A stretch of 37,412 bases of DNA from Candidatus Zixiibacteriota bacterium. GTDB lineage: Bacteria > Zixibacteria > MSB-5A5 > WJJR01. Of this stretch, positions 7,609 to 16,826 are shown in pieces. The notes beneath the pieces are model-generated. The model was not told the DNA's origin. It did no database searches and worked only from the letters and a program-made list of their open reading frames with translations. Location of the stretch: NCBI GenBank assembly GCA_036170655.1, contig JAVHPP010000141.1:38737-76148 (forward strand). Direction: 5' to 3'. A program made the position numbers and the translations under genes. The number at the start of each line of letters is the position of its first letter. Position 1 is the first letter of the stretch.

Positions 7609-7790
7609 ATTGGTGTCGGGGAATCATGCCCAGCAAGGTGTCGATGTTGGGAACACCACGCGGTTGCCGGGGTATCTATGTTGTGGGCTGTGCTGTAAGC
7701 GGATGTCATCAACGCGGCTCTCCCTGCCGATCAGACATGTGATCGTTTGAGATGAGATGGAGACAGCGCGTGCAACGTCAAGTTTTTGAC

Positions 7791-7819
7791 TTGACAAACC
7801 TTTACGGGCGACCAATGAT
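7791..7819 (+). promoter_or_regulatory. Putative sigma70 promoter
   Basis: TTGACA (7791-7796), 17-nt spacer, AATGAT (7814-7819), upstream of the ORF at 7892. Confidence 0.45.
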
Positions 7820-7891
7820 TACAACGGGTGGGCGTATTGGGTTTGACCTCCGTCGTTGTGTTGGGCTGGCCCATCCTGTTGGGTGGTGGAT

Positions 7892-8404
7892 ATGAAGCTG
7901 AGAGCCTTGCTTACAGTCGGTGCGGTATTGCTGGTCGTTGCGCCTGTCATGGCGTTGGCGCAGGTCAACGGCGGAAGCAGCCAGTCGTCAGTTGGAGTTC
8001 CACCATCAGGTATTTTGGGTGGGGCTGTCTCCAAGCCAGGACTTTCTCTTCTTGATCCATCCCGTTTCCACATGCGCAATTCTTACACGATGTCCTACTT
8101 TTCCAGCGGCGGGCGCCAGGGATCAGTCGGACTATACATGAGCACTTTGGAGTATCAGCTTTCCCGCCCGCTGACAGTCCGGATCGGTCTTGGGTACCTG
8201 CATCAGCCGTTGGGATTTGTAAAGAATATGGGGGGGCCGGGAGAGGGCCGCATCTTACCCAATGTGTCGCTCGACTTCCGGCCGTCAGACAAGTTCCATT
8301 TCATCCTGGATTTTCGAACGATACCGACGGGAGAGTATCGGACGGGGTTTGGACAGGGGGGGTACAGTCCATATCCGGGAAGTCGTGATTATTGGGACTG
8401 GTGA
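7892..8404 (+). CDS. Secreted hypothetical protein (beta-rich)
   Basis: Signal peptide MKLRALLTVGAVLLVVAPVMALA; alternating beta-strand-like segments. Confidence 0.75.
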   Translation: MKLRALLTVGAVLLVVAPVMALAQVNGGSSQSSVGVPPSGILGGAVSKPGLSLLDPSRFHMRNSYTMSYFSSGGRQGSVGLYMSTLEYQLSRPLTVRIGLGYLHQPLGFVKNMGGPGEGRILPNVSLDFRPSDKFHFILDFRTIPTGEYRTGFGQGGYSPYPGSRDYWDW

Positions 8405-8474
8405 TGACCGGGTATGTTGACTGTCTCGTTACCGATTGACCTCTTGCTATTCTCCCGACATCGTTGAAGAAATT

Positions 8475-8975
8475 ATGAGCACCCCCGCGCGACTGCGACG
8501 CGCCCGCCCTGCAAGTCCTTCTCGCTGGAAAGCGCGTTTATTGGACGCGGCGATCATATTGGCGACGGGCTTGGTTTGTTTATTTCTTTTTTCGTTAAGC
8601 ACGCGGCTTGGTTATTCCCGTCCGGAAGTCAGGGAATCGCCGATTGTCGTGCGGACGCAGGTTCTCAACGCCTGTGGACGGCCCGGCTTGGCACGCCGCA
8701 TTGCCGACATGATGGGAGAGCTGGAAGTTGGCCGGTTGCGGTTTGACGTGGTCGATGTCGGAAACTTTGAGCGTGCCGATGTGCGCCGCTCGCTCGTGAT
8801 CAACCATCGTCTGTCCGATGAGCAAGTGCGCTCGGTGGTCAACGCCTTGCAGATTGGCCCGGTCGAAGTCACCGCGGCCGAGCACACATTCGATGATCTC
8901 GGCATGGATTTGACTCTGGTACTGGGATCTAATACACCCGACCTGCCGCTGGAGACACCGGCGACGGATCGCTGA
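8475..8975 (+). CDS. Membrane-anchored LytR C-terminal domain protein
   Basis: N-terminal TM helix; QVLNACGRPGLA, VGN, DLTLVLG motifs; sits just before rsfS. Confidence 0.85.
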   Translation: MSTPARLRRARPASPSRWKARLLDAAIILATGLVCLFLFSLSTRLGYSRPEVRESPIVVRTQVLNACGRPGLARRIADMMGELEVGRLRFDVVDVGNFERADVRRSLVINHRLSDEQVRSVVNALQIGPVEVTAAEHTFDDLGMDLTLVLGSNTPDLPLETPATDR

Positions 8976-9007
8976 GGCCTTACACCGCTTCCCAAGGAGG
9001 AATTCCG

Positions 9008-9358
9008 ATTACACCGGCACGGCTGGCCTTGACCGCCGGGCAACTCGCCCGGGAGAAGAAGGCATTCTCAATCCGCATCCTCGATGTGCGCAAGTTGTCA
9101 TCGATCACAGACTATTTCGTCATTTGTTCGGTCGACGCCGAAGTGCAGGCACGATCGGTCGCTGACCATGTCAGCGAGCAGCTACGGGAAAAGGGCGTTC
9201 AGACCTGGCACACCGAAGGGTATCGGGGAACCGGCTGGATCCTGCTGGACTTTGTCGATGTCATGGTTCACATTTTCATGCCGCCGATCAGAGAATTCTA
9301 CGCGCTCGAGAAACTCTGGGGGGATGCACCCGTCAAAGAGCTTCCCGAAGAGGAATAG
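9008..9358 (+). CDS. rsfS: Ribosome silencing factor RsfS (probable ATT start; first canonical start is TTG at 9029)
   Basis: EKKA..I.ILDV, TDYFVICS, WILLDF.DV.VHIF, REFYALEKLWGDA; AAGGAGG at 8994-9000, 7 nt before in-frame ATT at 9008. Confidence 0.95.
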   Translation: MTPARLALTAGQLAREKKAFSIRILDVRKLSSITDYFVICSVDAEVQARSVADHVSEQLREKGVQTWHTEGYRGTGWILLDFVDVMVHIFMPPIREFYALEKLWGDAPVKELPEEE

Positions 9359-9453
9359 CGGCCGGGGAGACGGCATCCACCGCTCCTCTTGAATCGACCC
9401 GTCCAATTTAACCGCTAACAACTTCTCAAAACCATGAAGAATGGAGGTGTCCT

Positions 9454-10701
9454 TTGGACATCATCGAACTGAAATCGAAAACCATTGCCGAACTGCTGGA
9501 GATCGCCGAAGGACTGTCAATTCCGGGGGTTTCCGGTTTGAGAAAGCAGGAGCTGATCTTCAAAATTCTGGAGGCGAACACTGAAAAAGATGGCCTGATC
9601 TTTGCCGAAGGGGTGCTGGAGATTCTCGACGAGGGATATGGTTTCCTCCGATCCCCCGACTACTGCTATTTGCCCGGTCCCGATGACATCTATGTCTCTC
9701 CGTCTCAGATCAAGCGATTTGACTTGCGGACAGGAGATACGATCTCCGGCCAAGTCCGACCACCAAAGGAGTCGGAGCGTTACTTTGCGCTCCTCAAAAT
9801 CGAGGCCGTCAACTTCGAGAATCCGGACGTTGCCAAGCACAAGACGCTCTTCGACAACCTGACGCCTCTCTATCCGCAGACGAAGTTCTCTCTCGAGCTC
9901 GATCCCAAGGACATCTCGACCCGGACAATCGATCTGCTCACGCCCATCGGGCGTGGTCAACGCGGTCTGATCACGTCACCGCCGAAGGCGGGCAAGACAA
10001 TCCTCCTGCAGAAGATCGCCAATTCGATCAGCATCAACCATCCCGACGTCAAGTTGATCATTCTTCTGATCGACGAGCGGCCGGAGGAAGTGACCGACAT
10101 GAAGCGTTCGGTGAAGGCCGAAGTGATCTCATCGACCTTCGATGAGCCGGCCGAGCGCCATGTCCAGGTTGCGGACATGGTGATCGAGCGGGCCAAACGG
10201 CTGGTGGAGCACAAGCACGATGTGGTAATCTTGCTGGATTCGATCACGCGCCTTGCGCGTGCGCACAACGCCGTTGTGCCCCACTCCGGGAAGATCCTGT
10301 CTGGCGGTGTCGATGCCAATGCGCTCCAGCGCCCCAAGCGTTTCTTCGGCGCGGCGCGCAACATCGAAGAGGGTGGATCGCTCACCATCGTGGCCACGGC
10401 GCTGATCGAAACCGGATCGCGGATGGACGAAGTCATCTTCGAGGAATTCAAAGGTACGGGTAATATGGAGTTGGTTCTGGACCGTCGGTTGTCCAACCGG
10501 CGCGTTTTCCCCGCGATCGATCTGAACCGGTCATCAACCCGAAAGGAAGAGTTGCTGCTGGACGAAGAGACACTGAGCAAGCTCTGGATCCTGCGTAAAT
10601 TCCTTTCTGACATGAATCCAGTGGAAGCGATGGAGTTCTTCATTGATCGCATGTCCAAGACAAAAACCAACGAACAATTCCTGAATTCGATGAAGCGGTA
10701 A
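9454..10701 (+). CDS. rho: Transcription termination factor Rho
   Basis: [52 protein letters not shown] before TTG; compact 415-aa form. Confidence 0.99.
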   Translation: MDIIELKSKTIAELLEIAEGLSIPGVSGLRKQELIFKILEANTEKDGLIFAEGVLEILDEGYGFLRSPDYCYLPGPDDIYVSPSQIKRFDLRTGDTISGQVRPPKESERYFALLKIEAVNFENPDVAKHKTLFDNLTPLYPQTKFSLELDPKDISTRTIDLLTPIGRGQRGLITSPPKAGKTILLQKIANSISINHPDVKLIILLIDERPEEVTDMKRSVKAEVISSTFDEPAERHVQVADMVIERAKRLVEHKHDVVILLDSITRLARAHNAVVPHSGKILSGGVDANALQRPKRFFGAARNIEEGGSLTIVATALIETGSRMDEVIFEEFKGTGNMELVLDRRLSNRRVFPAIDLNRSSTRKEELLLDEETLSKLWILRKFLSDMNPVEAMEFFIDRMSKTKTNEQFLNSMKR

Positions 10702-10898
10702 GCGCTCGCCAGCGATTCTCTTTCCCATTCAATTCAGCGTGTCCGAATGTTGCTTCCGGGCGAAGGCGGGCAGCGGGTCACACGGACCACATAGGAGGTC
10801 CAAGCGGCCTGTGTGCTCTGGGCGGAAGTGCTTGACCCGAAGGTCTTTCAGGAGCATTGATTGTCTCTGCTTGGGTGTTTATTCATCCGGTACGAAAG

Positions 10899-11975
10899 AT
10901 GGCGACTGATACGCTGGACCCGAGGCCTCTTTTCTGGTGCCAACAGACTGCCGAGTGTGCCTTGTCCATGGCCAATAGCCAAGGCAGGTTGGCGAGGGCA
11001 TATCTGTTCCTTGGTCCGGAAGGCGTGGGCAAGTGGGCGGCGGCGATCTGGGTGTCGCAGTGTCACTTGTGTTGCGCGGACACGCCGTCCCGGCCCTGCG
11101 GACGATGCGACGGCTGCCGTCGGGTGTTTGCGTGCACGCATCCCGATTGGCATGCGCTCTTTCCTGTCCGCAAGGCAACCGCCGAAGAAGATGCCGAGGC
11201 GTATCTCGCAGCGAAGCAGGCCGATCCATTTGCTGTCATCCGTTTCCCCAGCCGCCCGAACATCGGTATCGATCGCATTCGTGAGCTGGTCGGAGAATTG
11301 AATAAGACGTCGGTCGAGGGTGGCCCCAAGGTCGCAATCATCGTGTCAGCCGATCAAATGCTCGATGATGCGCAGTCCGCTCTCTTGAAGAGTATCGAAG
11401 AGCCGCCTCCGGGCGCGCATTTCATCCTCACCAGTTCTGACGCCAGCCGGATCCTGCCGACTGTGCGGTCACGGTGTCAGATCATCCGGTTCAGCCCGGC
11501 TGATTCCGCCGTTATCGCGGAGCGTCTGCGGCGAGAAAAGGGCGTTGATTCTGAAGGGGCGGACGAGGTCGCCGAATTATGCGGAGGGGGGTGGGGAACG
11601 GCGCTGCGTCTGGCCGAGGATGCTGCCCAAGAATGGCGCCGAACCGCAATGGCCTTTTGGGAAAAGGCCTTTCACGTCCCCCCGGGACTTCTCATGGATG
11701 AAATCGAACGGACTTTCCGACGGAAGGGACTGGACCACTTGCTCCAGGCGTTTGATGTCTGGGCGCTGCTTCTCCGGCGTGACTGCGCCCGCGCGGCAGG
11801 GCCACCGCCCATCTTGCTTCCACAGGACGGAGCCCCGATCCGTGATCTGGAGACCGGCTGGGCCTGCTGGCGCATCCTTCAGAACGGGCGTTCAACGCTC
11901 TGGGTCAACGTCTTGGATCGCACCGCCGTCAGCGGCACCTTTCTCACTCTGAGGAGTTATCTCGGCTGTGGATAA
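10899..11975 (+). CDS. holB: DNA polymerase III delta' subunit
   Basis: YLFLGPEGVGK, Zn cluster C..PCGRCDGC, HPD, ALLKSIEEPP, ILPTVRSRCQ; ATG at 10899. Confidence 0.92.
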   Translation: MATDTLDPRPLFWCQQTAECALSMANSQGRLARAYLFLGPEGVGKWAAAIWVSQCHLCCADTPSRPCGRCDGCRRVFACTHPDWHALFPVRKATAEEDAEAYLAAKQADPFAVIRFPSRPNIGIDRIRELVGELNKTSVEGGPKVAIIVSADQMLDDAQSALLKSIEEPPPGAHFILTSSDASRILPTVRSRCQIIRFSPADSAVIAERLRREKGVDSEGADEVAELCGGGWGTALRLAEDAAQEWRRTAMAFWEKAFHVPPGLLMDEIERTFRRKGLDHLLQAFDVWALLLRRDCARAAGPPPILLPQDGAPIRDLETGWACWRILQNGRSTLWVNVLDRTAVSGTFLTLRSYLGCG

Positions 11976-12051
11976 ATAATGGCCAGGTGGGTCTTGGCTG
12001 TGAGTTGAAGTATCACTTGACTTGTTCCTACAAGACCAAAACATTGCTTGA

Positions 12052-13020
12052 GTGAATACTATGGGAAGCGCAGACGAGAGAACGGGTCCTGGCCCGATGG
12101 AGGAAGTTGTCCCCGATCATTCCGGGCAAGTCGGCGCAAATTCCCGGTTGTCCGAGTCTCCTTCCGCGCCGGAATCGTCCCCGGTGAAGGGCAGCGTTGC
12201 TCCTGTGTATCTGGTCGAGTTCAAGGGAGCACGCAAGGAGCATTATCGGGATCTGTACCACCTGCCAATTGCCATTGGCGATCATGTCATTGTCCAAGTC
12301 GAGCGAGGAGAGGATATCGGACGTGTGTCGCTGCAGGAAACAGAGGCACAAGCGGCCAAAGTCAAAGTCAAGCCGCTGCCGATTCTGAGGATCGCCGGTC
12401 CATCCGAACTGGAGCAGGCGGCGGCCAACCATCAGAAAGAGTATGAAGTCCGTCGTGTATGCCGTCAGATGATTGAGGAGCGCGGACTCAGAATGAAGGT
12501 TGTCGACGCCGAGTGGCAGTATGACGGTAACAAGGTCACCTTCTACTTCACGGCCGAAAAACGGGTCGACTTCCGCCAGCTCGTGAAGGATCTGGCGTCG
12601 GCGTATCGCACGCGCATTGAGTTGCGTCAGATCGGCGCCCGGGATGAGGCGCGGCGTGTGGGGGGCTTGGGAATCTGCGGCTACGAGCAATGCTGTACCA
12701 TGTTTCTCAAGGAGTTCGAACCGATCACGACGCAGTTGGCGCGTGACCAGAGTCTGTCGTTGAATCCGGCCAAGATATCAGGGAATTGCGGACGGCTTCT
12801 CTGCTGTTTGCGTTACGAGAGCGGTTACTATCAGGAGGCGACCCGGCAGTATCCGAAAGTCGGTTCCGAATGGATCACCGAGGCGGGCCCCGGCACGGTC
12901 GACCGTGTGCAGATTCTCCACGAACAGATCGTCGTGCGCACACCGGACGGGCAGCAGCAGAAGATTCCCCTGCTGGAGATCAAGCGCGCAGAACAGAAGA
13001 AGAAATCGTGGTTCGACTGA
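12052..13020 (+). CDS. ricT: PSP1-domain protein RicT/YaaT (Fe-S)
   Basis: FYFTAEKRVDFRQLVKDLA, RIELRQIG.RDEA, GICG...CC, KISG.CGRLLCCL.YE; follows holB; start uncertain (12052, 12061 or 12097). Confidence 0.92.
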   Translation: MNTMGSADERTGPGPMEEVVPDHSGQVGANSRLSESPSAPESSPVKGSVAPVYLVEFKGARKEHYRDLYHLPIAIGDHVIVQVERGEDIGRVSLQETEAQAAKVKVKPLPILRIAGPSELEQAAANHQKEYEVRRVCRQMIEERGLRMKVVDAEWQYDGNKVTFYFTAEKRVDFRQLVKDLASAYRTRIELRQIGARDEARRVGGLGICGYEQCCTMFLKEFEPITTQLARDQSLSLNPAKISGNCGRLLCCLRYESGYYQEATRQYPKVGSEWITEAGPGTVDRVQILHEQIVVRTPDGQQQKIPLLEIKRAEQKKKSWFD

Positions 13021-13145
13021 CCATCCACGTGCTTACACCTTTCTGATCCCGGTATGAGAGTGCGCCTCTGTCGTGCCTGTATCGCGGCAGCCGCCTTGGT
13101 TTCCGGCGGGATGCGCTCCGGATTGTCGCGGTCCCTTTCCATTTC

Positions 13146-15104
13146 ATGGTGAGTCTCATGACTTCTGACCCCCGGCCCATCTATATCACAACCCCGATTT
13201 ACTATGTGAATGACCGGCCGCACATCGGTCATGCCTACACAACGATTGCAGCCGATTTCCTGACCCGGGCCTTCCGTGTGCTGGGACGGCCGGCCTTTTT
13301 CCTGACTGGCACCGACGAGCATGGCGCCCGGATTGCGGAAGTGGCCGCCACTCATGGCATGACGCCGCAAGCCTGGTGCGATCAGCACAGCTCTTACTTT
13401 CGGCAAACTTGGGAGCGTCTCGATATTGCTTTTGACGGCTTCATCCGGACCACCGACGCGCGACACATCGCCGGAGTCAGCCGCGTGCTTGAGCGGCTCC
13501 ATGCCGCAACAGGCCCGGATGGCCGCCCCGTTGTGTATTCCGGCGATTACACGGGGTGGTATTGTCTCGGTTGCGAAAAGTTCATCACTGAAAAGGAGCT
13601 GGTCGAGGGCCGTTGCCCATTGCATCCCGATCCCCCGCGGAGGGTGACGGAACGTAATTATTTCTTCCGCCTTTCCGCCTACCTGACCCTCGTGGAGAAA
13701 ATGATTGTTGACGGGCAGATCACGATCCTGCCAGATGAGCGGCGTCGTGAAGTGCTGGGTCTGTTCAAGCAGGGGCTGGAGGATTTCTCGATTTCACGGG
13801 AGAAGGTCGACTGGGGCATTCCGCTGCCGTTTGATCCTTCTCAGAACGCGTACGTGTGGGTTGATGCCCTGCCCAACTACATCACGGCCATTGGCTATGC
13901 TGATGATCGGGACCGGTTCGCGCGGTGGTGGACCGGGGGTACGGTTCTCCACTTGATGGCGAAAGACATCTTGAAGTTCCACGCTATCTATTGGCCGGCC
14001 ATGCTGATGGCCATGGGTGAGAAGGTTCCTGACCGGCTGTACATCCACGGGTATTTCACGGTCAATGGCCAGAAAATGAGCAAGTCGCTGCGCAACGCCA
14101 TCGATCCCAACAACGTGGTCACCCAATTCGGCCCCGATGGAACCCGGCATCTGCTGATGACCCAGTTCCCGTTCGGACAGGATGGCGATGTGAAGGCAGA
14201 AGAGTTCGTCCGCCAGTACAATGCGGACCTGGCCAATGACCTGGGAAACCTTGTTTCGCGTGCGGTGGCACTCATCGAGCGGCATTTCAACGGCGCCAGG
14301 CCGCCTCTGGGGAATCGCGAACCGATCGACGAAAAACTGCGGGATACGGCGGCTGATGCCACCAAACGATTTGAGACCGCGGTGGAGCAGGTCGCTCCCA
14401 GCGAGGCAGTTGCTGCCGGGCTTGATCTGGCCCGCGCCACCAATCGTTACATGGAGCAAACCGCTCCATGGTCGCTGGCAAAGTCTGGGCAGACGGGACG
14501 TCTTGGCACCGTGCTCTGTTCCGCGGTGGAGGCAATCCGTGTGGCTGCCGTGATTCTCTCGCCGGATATTCCCCGTAAGTCACGGGATATCCTGCGGGCT
14601 TTGGGCTTCAGCGATCCGGATCGCGAGTTGACACCGCAGGGACTGCGGGGCTGGGACCGATGCCCCGGACCATTCCACCTCAGTGAAGGGATCTTCCCAC
14701 GGATGGATAAGACACCTCAAGAATCGAAGGCCGACTCGACATCGGCGACTGCACCCGCGACTGCACCCGCGGCGGCCGAGAATGTCATCACAATCGATCA
14801 GTTCGCGCAAGCCAGGTTGCGGACCGCGCGGGTGTTGCGAGCCGAACCGGTGGAGGGGACATCCCGGCTGCTCAAGTTACAGATCGAAATCGAAGGAGCC
14901 GAACGCCAGATCGTGGCGGGTATCGCCGAACACTATCGTCCTGAGGACCTCGTGGGGAAGACGATCGTGGTGGTCAGCAATCTCCAGCCTGCGACCATCC
15001 GGGGGGTCACCTCCAACGGAATGCTGTTGGCCGCTTCCTTTGGGAAGACACTCCGACTGATCACCCCCGATGGTCCCATCGAGTCCGGCGCCCGAGTCGG
15101 ATGA
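13146..15104 (+). CDS. metG: Methionine--tRNA ligase with C-terminal tRNA-binding OB domain
   Basis: YITTPIYYVN, HIGH, TGTDEHG, CxxC..CPxH knuckle, KMSKS, C-terminal RQIVAGI...SNGMLLA; start 13146 or 13158. Confidence 0.98.
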   Translation: MVSLMTSDPRPIYITTPIYYVNDRPHIGHAYTTIAADFLTRAFRVLGRPAFFLTGTDEHGARIAEVAATHGMTPQAWCDQHSSYFRQTWERLDIAFDGFIRTTDARHIAGVSRVLERLHAATGPDGRPVVYSGDYTGWYCLGCEKFITEKELVEGRCPLHPDPPRRVTERNYFFRLSAYLTLVEKMIVDGQITILPDERRREVLGLFKQGLEDFSISREKVDWGIPLPFDPSQNAYVWVDALPNYITAIGYADDRDRFARWWTGGTVLHLMAKDILKFHAIYWPAMLMAMGEKVPDRLYIHGYFTVNGQKMSKSLRNAIDPNNVVTQFGPDGTRHLLMTQFPFGQDGDVKAEEFVRQYNADLANDLGNLVSRAVALIERHFNGARPPLGNREPIDEKLRDTAADATKRFETAVEQVAPSEAVAAGLDLARATNRYMEQTAPWSLAKSGQTGRLGTVLCSAVEAIRVAAVILSPDIPRKSRDILRALGFSDPDRELTPQGLRGWDRCPGPFHLSEGIFPRMDKTPQESKADSTSATAPATAPAAAENVITIDQFAQARLRTARVLRAEPVEGTSRLLKLQIEIEGAERQIVAGIAEHYRPEDLVGKTIVVVSNLQPATIRGVTSNGMLLAASFGKTLRLITPDGPIESGARVG

Positions 15105-15149
15105 TTCTCGTCCCTGACGGCCGCTGGTCGCCGTGGCCACAAAACAGTC

Positions 15150-15923
15150 ATGACGGACTCGCACGCACACCTTGACCTCCCCGATTTTGATGCTGACCGG
15201 GAAGAGATCATCAGCCGCGCTGCCACGGCAGATGTCCATACCATTATCAACATTGCCACGGATTTTGAGTCCTGTGACCGTGTGCTGGCCTTGGCGGAAT
15301 CTCACCCGCGATTGTACGCCGTCGTTGGGGTGCATCCTCACGATGCGGAGACGTGGGATGGCGACCGTTCCGTCGGGCGGCTCAAGGCACTGGCGAAGCA
15401 CCCGAAGGTTGTGGGGATCGGTGAAATCGGACTCGACTACTTCCGCGATCATTCCCCGCGGCCCCGCCAGAAGGAGGCATTTATCGACCAGATCAGTGTC
15501 GCGCGTGATCTGGGCCTTCCTCTTGTCATCCACAACCGTGATGCTTTCGCGGACATCTTTGCACTTCTGCTGGGACACCGTGCGTACGACGTTGGCGGAG
15601 TGATGCACTGTTTTTCTGAAGGTCCCGAGGAGGCGCAAAAAACGGTCGATCTGGGGTTTCATATTTCGGTCAACGGCATCATGACGTACAAGAACAGCCG
15701 CATGGCGCTGGTTGGTCAGTCCTGCCAGTTGGATCGTCTCTTGCTGGAAACAGACTGCCCGTTTCTGGCCCCGCATCCATTCCGCGGGCAGCGGAATGAA
15801 CCGGCCCATGTTGTTACGGTGGCGGATACGCTCGCACGCCTGCGCGAGTGCAGCGTGGCGGAAATTGCCAAGGCGACAGACGCGAACGCAGCGCGCCTGT
15901 TCCGTCTTCCGGCGGGCAACTGA
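15150..15923 (+). CDS. tatD: TatD family hydrolase/nuclease
   Basis: DSHAHL, GVHPH, IGEIGLDY, IHNR, HCFS, LLETDCPFLAP. Confidence 0.95.
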   Translation: MTDSHAHLDLPDFDADREEIISRAATADVHTIINIATDFESCDRVLALAESHPRLYAVVGVHPHDAETWDGDRSVGRLKALAKHPKVVGIGEIGLDYFRDHSPRPRQKEAFIDQISVARDLGLPLVIHNRDAFADIFALLLGHRAYDVGGVMHCFSEGPEEAQKTVDLGFHISVNGIMTYKNSRMALVGQSCQLDRLLLETDCPFLAPHPFRGQRNEPAHVVTVADTLARLRECSVAEIAKATDANAARLFRLPAGN

Positions 15924-15941
15924 CCATCTGGAGATTGGCTG

Positions 15942-16826
15942 ATGAGTTCGTTTGGACACCACCAAGACGGGTCGAAACCCAAACTCCGGGCGCGGCGGTC
16001 TCTATCGCAAAATTTTCTCGTTGACGGGACCGTCGGTGACCGGCTGGTCGCAGCACTGCCCCTTTCAAGGGGGGACACGGTCTACGAGATCGGCGCCGGC
16101 AAGGGGTTTCTGACCGAGCGGCTGGTGGCTGTCGGAGCCCATGTAATCGCGATTGAGAAAGACCGGCGGCTCTACGGAATGCTTCGCAAGAAATTTCCCG
16201 CTGATTCAAATGTTCGCATCTTTCATGCGGACATCCTCGATTTGCCTTCGGATGCCGAACCTCCCGCCGGTTGCTGGCTGCTTGGAAACCTGCCGTTCGG
16301 AATCGGACACGCCATCTTGCAGTGGATGTTTGACCGCCGTACCCGCTTCCGGGGCGCGGTGATTACCCTTCAGCGCGAGGTTATCCGCCGGTTGCTGGCC
16401 GAGCCGGGGACCAGGGACCGTTCCAGCGTCTCGGTCTGGTTCCAGGCGCGCGGCCACGGCCATGCCCTCTTTGACATTCCTCCCCGCGCCTTTGTGCCCC
16501 CGCCGCGAGTGACTTCGACCGTCATGTGGGCTGAGCTGGTCCCCGCCACTCCCGGCATTGAGTCGATTCCCGGAATCGAGTATATTGTCGAGCGCGCGTT
16601 CGCACAGAAACGGAAGGTTCTATCCAACAATCTGCGCGCCATGGGGCATCTGACGGCCGATGACTGGGACCGATTGCGTCAGCAATGCGGCGACCTGTTG
16701 CGCAAGCGTGCAGAGGAGTTGGCGGCGGACGACTTTGCCCGTCTGGCCCGGACGCTGGCGTTGGATAATGCTCTGTTTCGTTCTCCTGCTCCCGCTCGTT
16801 CTCCCGGGACTGATTCCCACTGCTGA
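15942..16826 (+). CDS. rsmA: 16S rRNA m6,2A dimethyltransferase
   Basis: QNFL, EIGAGKG, IEKD, GNLPF, QREV, F.PPP.V.S, F.QKRK.L.N.L, RAEEL. Confidence 0.93.
   Translation: MSSFGHHQDGSKPKLRARRSLSQNFLVDGTVGDRLVAALPLSRGDTVYEIGAGKGFLTERLVAVGAHVIAIEKDRRLYGMLRKKFPADSNVRIFHADILDLPSDAEPPAGCWLLGNLPFGIGHAILQWMFDRRTRFRGAVITLQREVIRRLLAEPGTRDRSSVSVWFQARGHGHALFDIPPRAFVPPPRVTSTVMWAELVPATPGIESIPGIEYIVERAFAQKRKVLSNNLRAMGHLTADDWDRLRQQCGDLLRKRAEELAADDFARLARTLALDNALFRSPAPARSPGTDSHC

Noticed and set aside
7609..7790. Minus-strand CCCGGCAACC...GGTG resembling a SAM-I riboswitch core
   Set aside because: No AUC/GAU P1 or kink-turn P2 elements, and no minus-strand gene downstream
10751..10830. Possible SRP (4.5S) RNA or glycine riboswitch
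   Set aside because: Lacks the CAGG..GNRA..AGCA domain IV motif and the GGAGA..CCGAAG..CUCAGG arrangement; kept only as an unassigned hairpin
13021..13145. T-box leader upstream of metG
   Set aside because: No UGGNACC T-box, no terminator, and the spacer is too short
14745..14768. 12-bp tandem repeat GCGACTGCACCC x2
   Set aside because: Encodes the ATAP-ATAP interdomain linker of MetG
14877..15965. 362-aa minus-strand ORF
   Set aside because: Antisense shadow of metG and tatD
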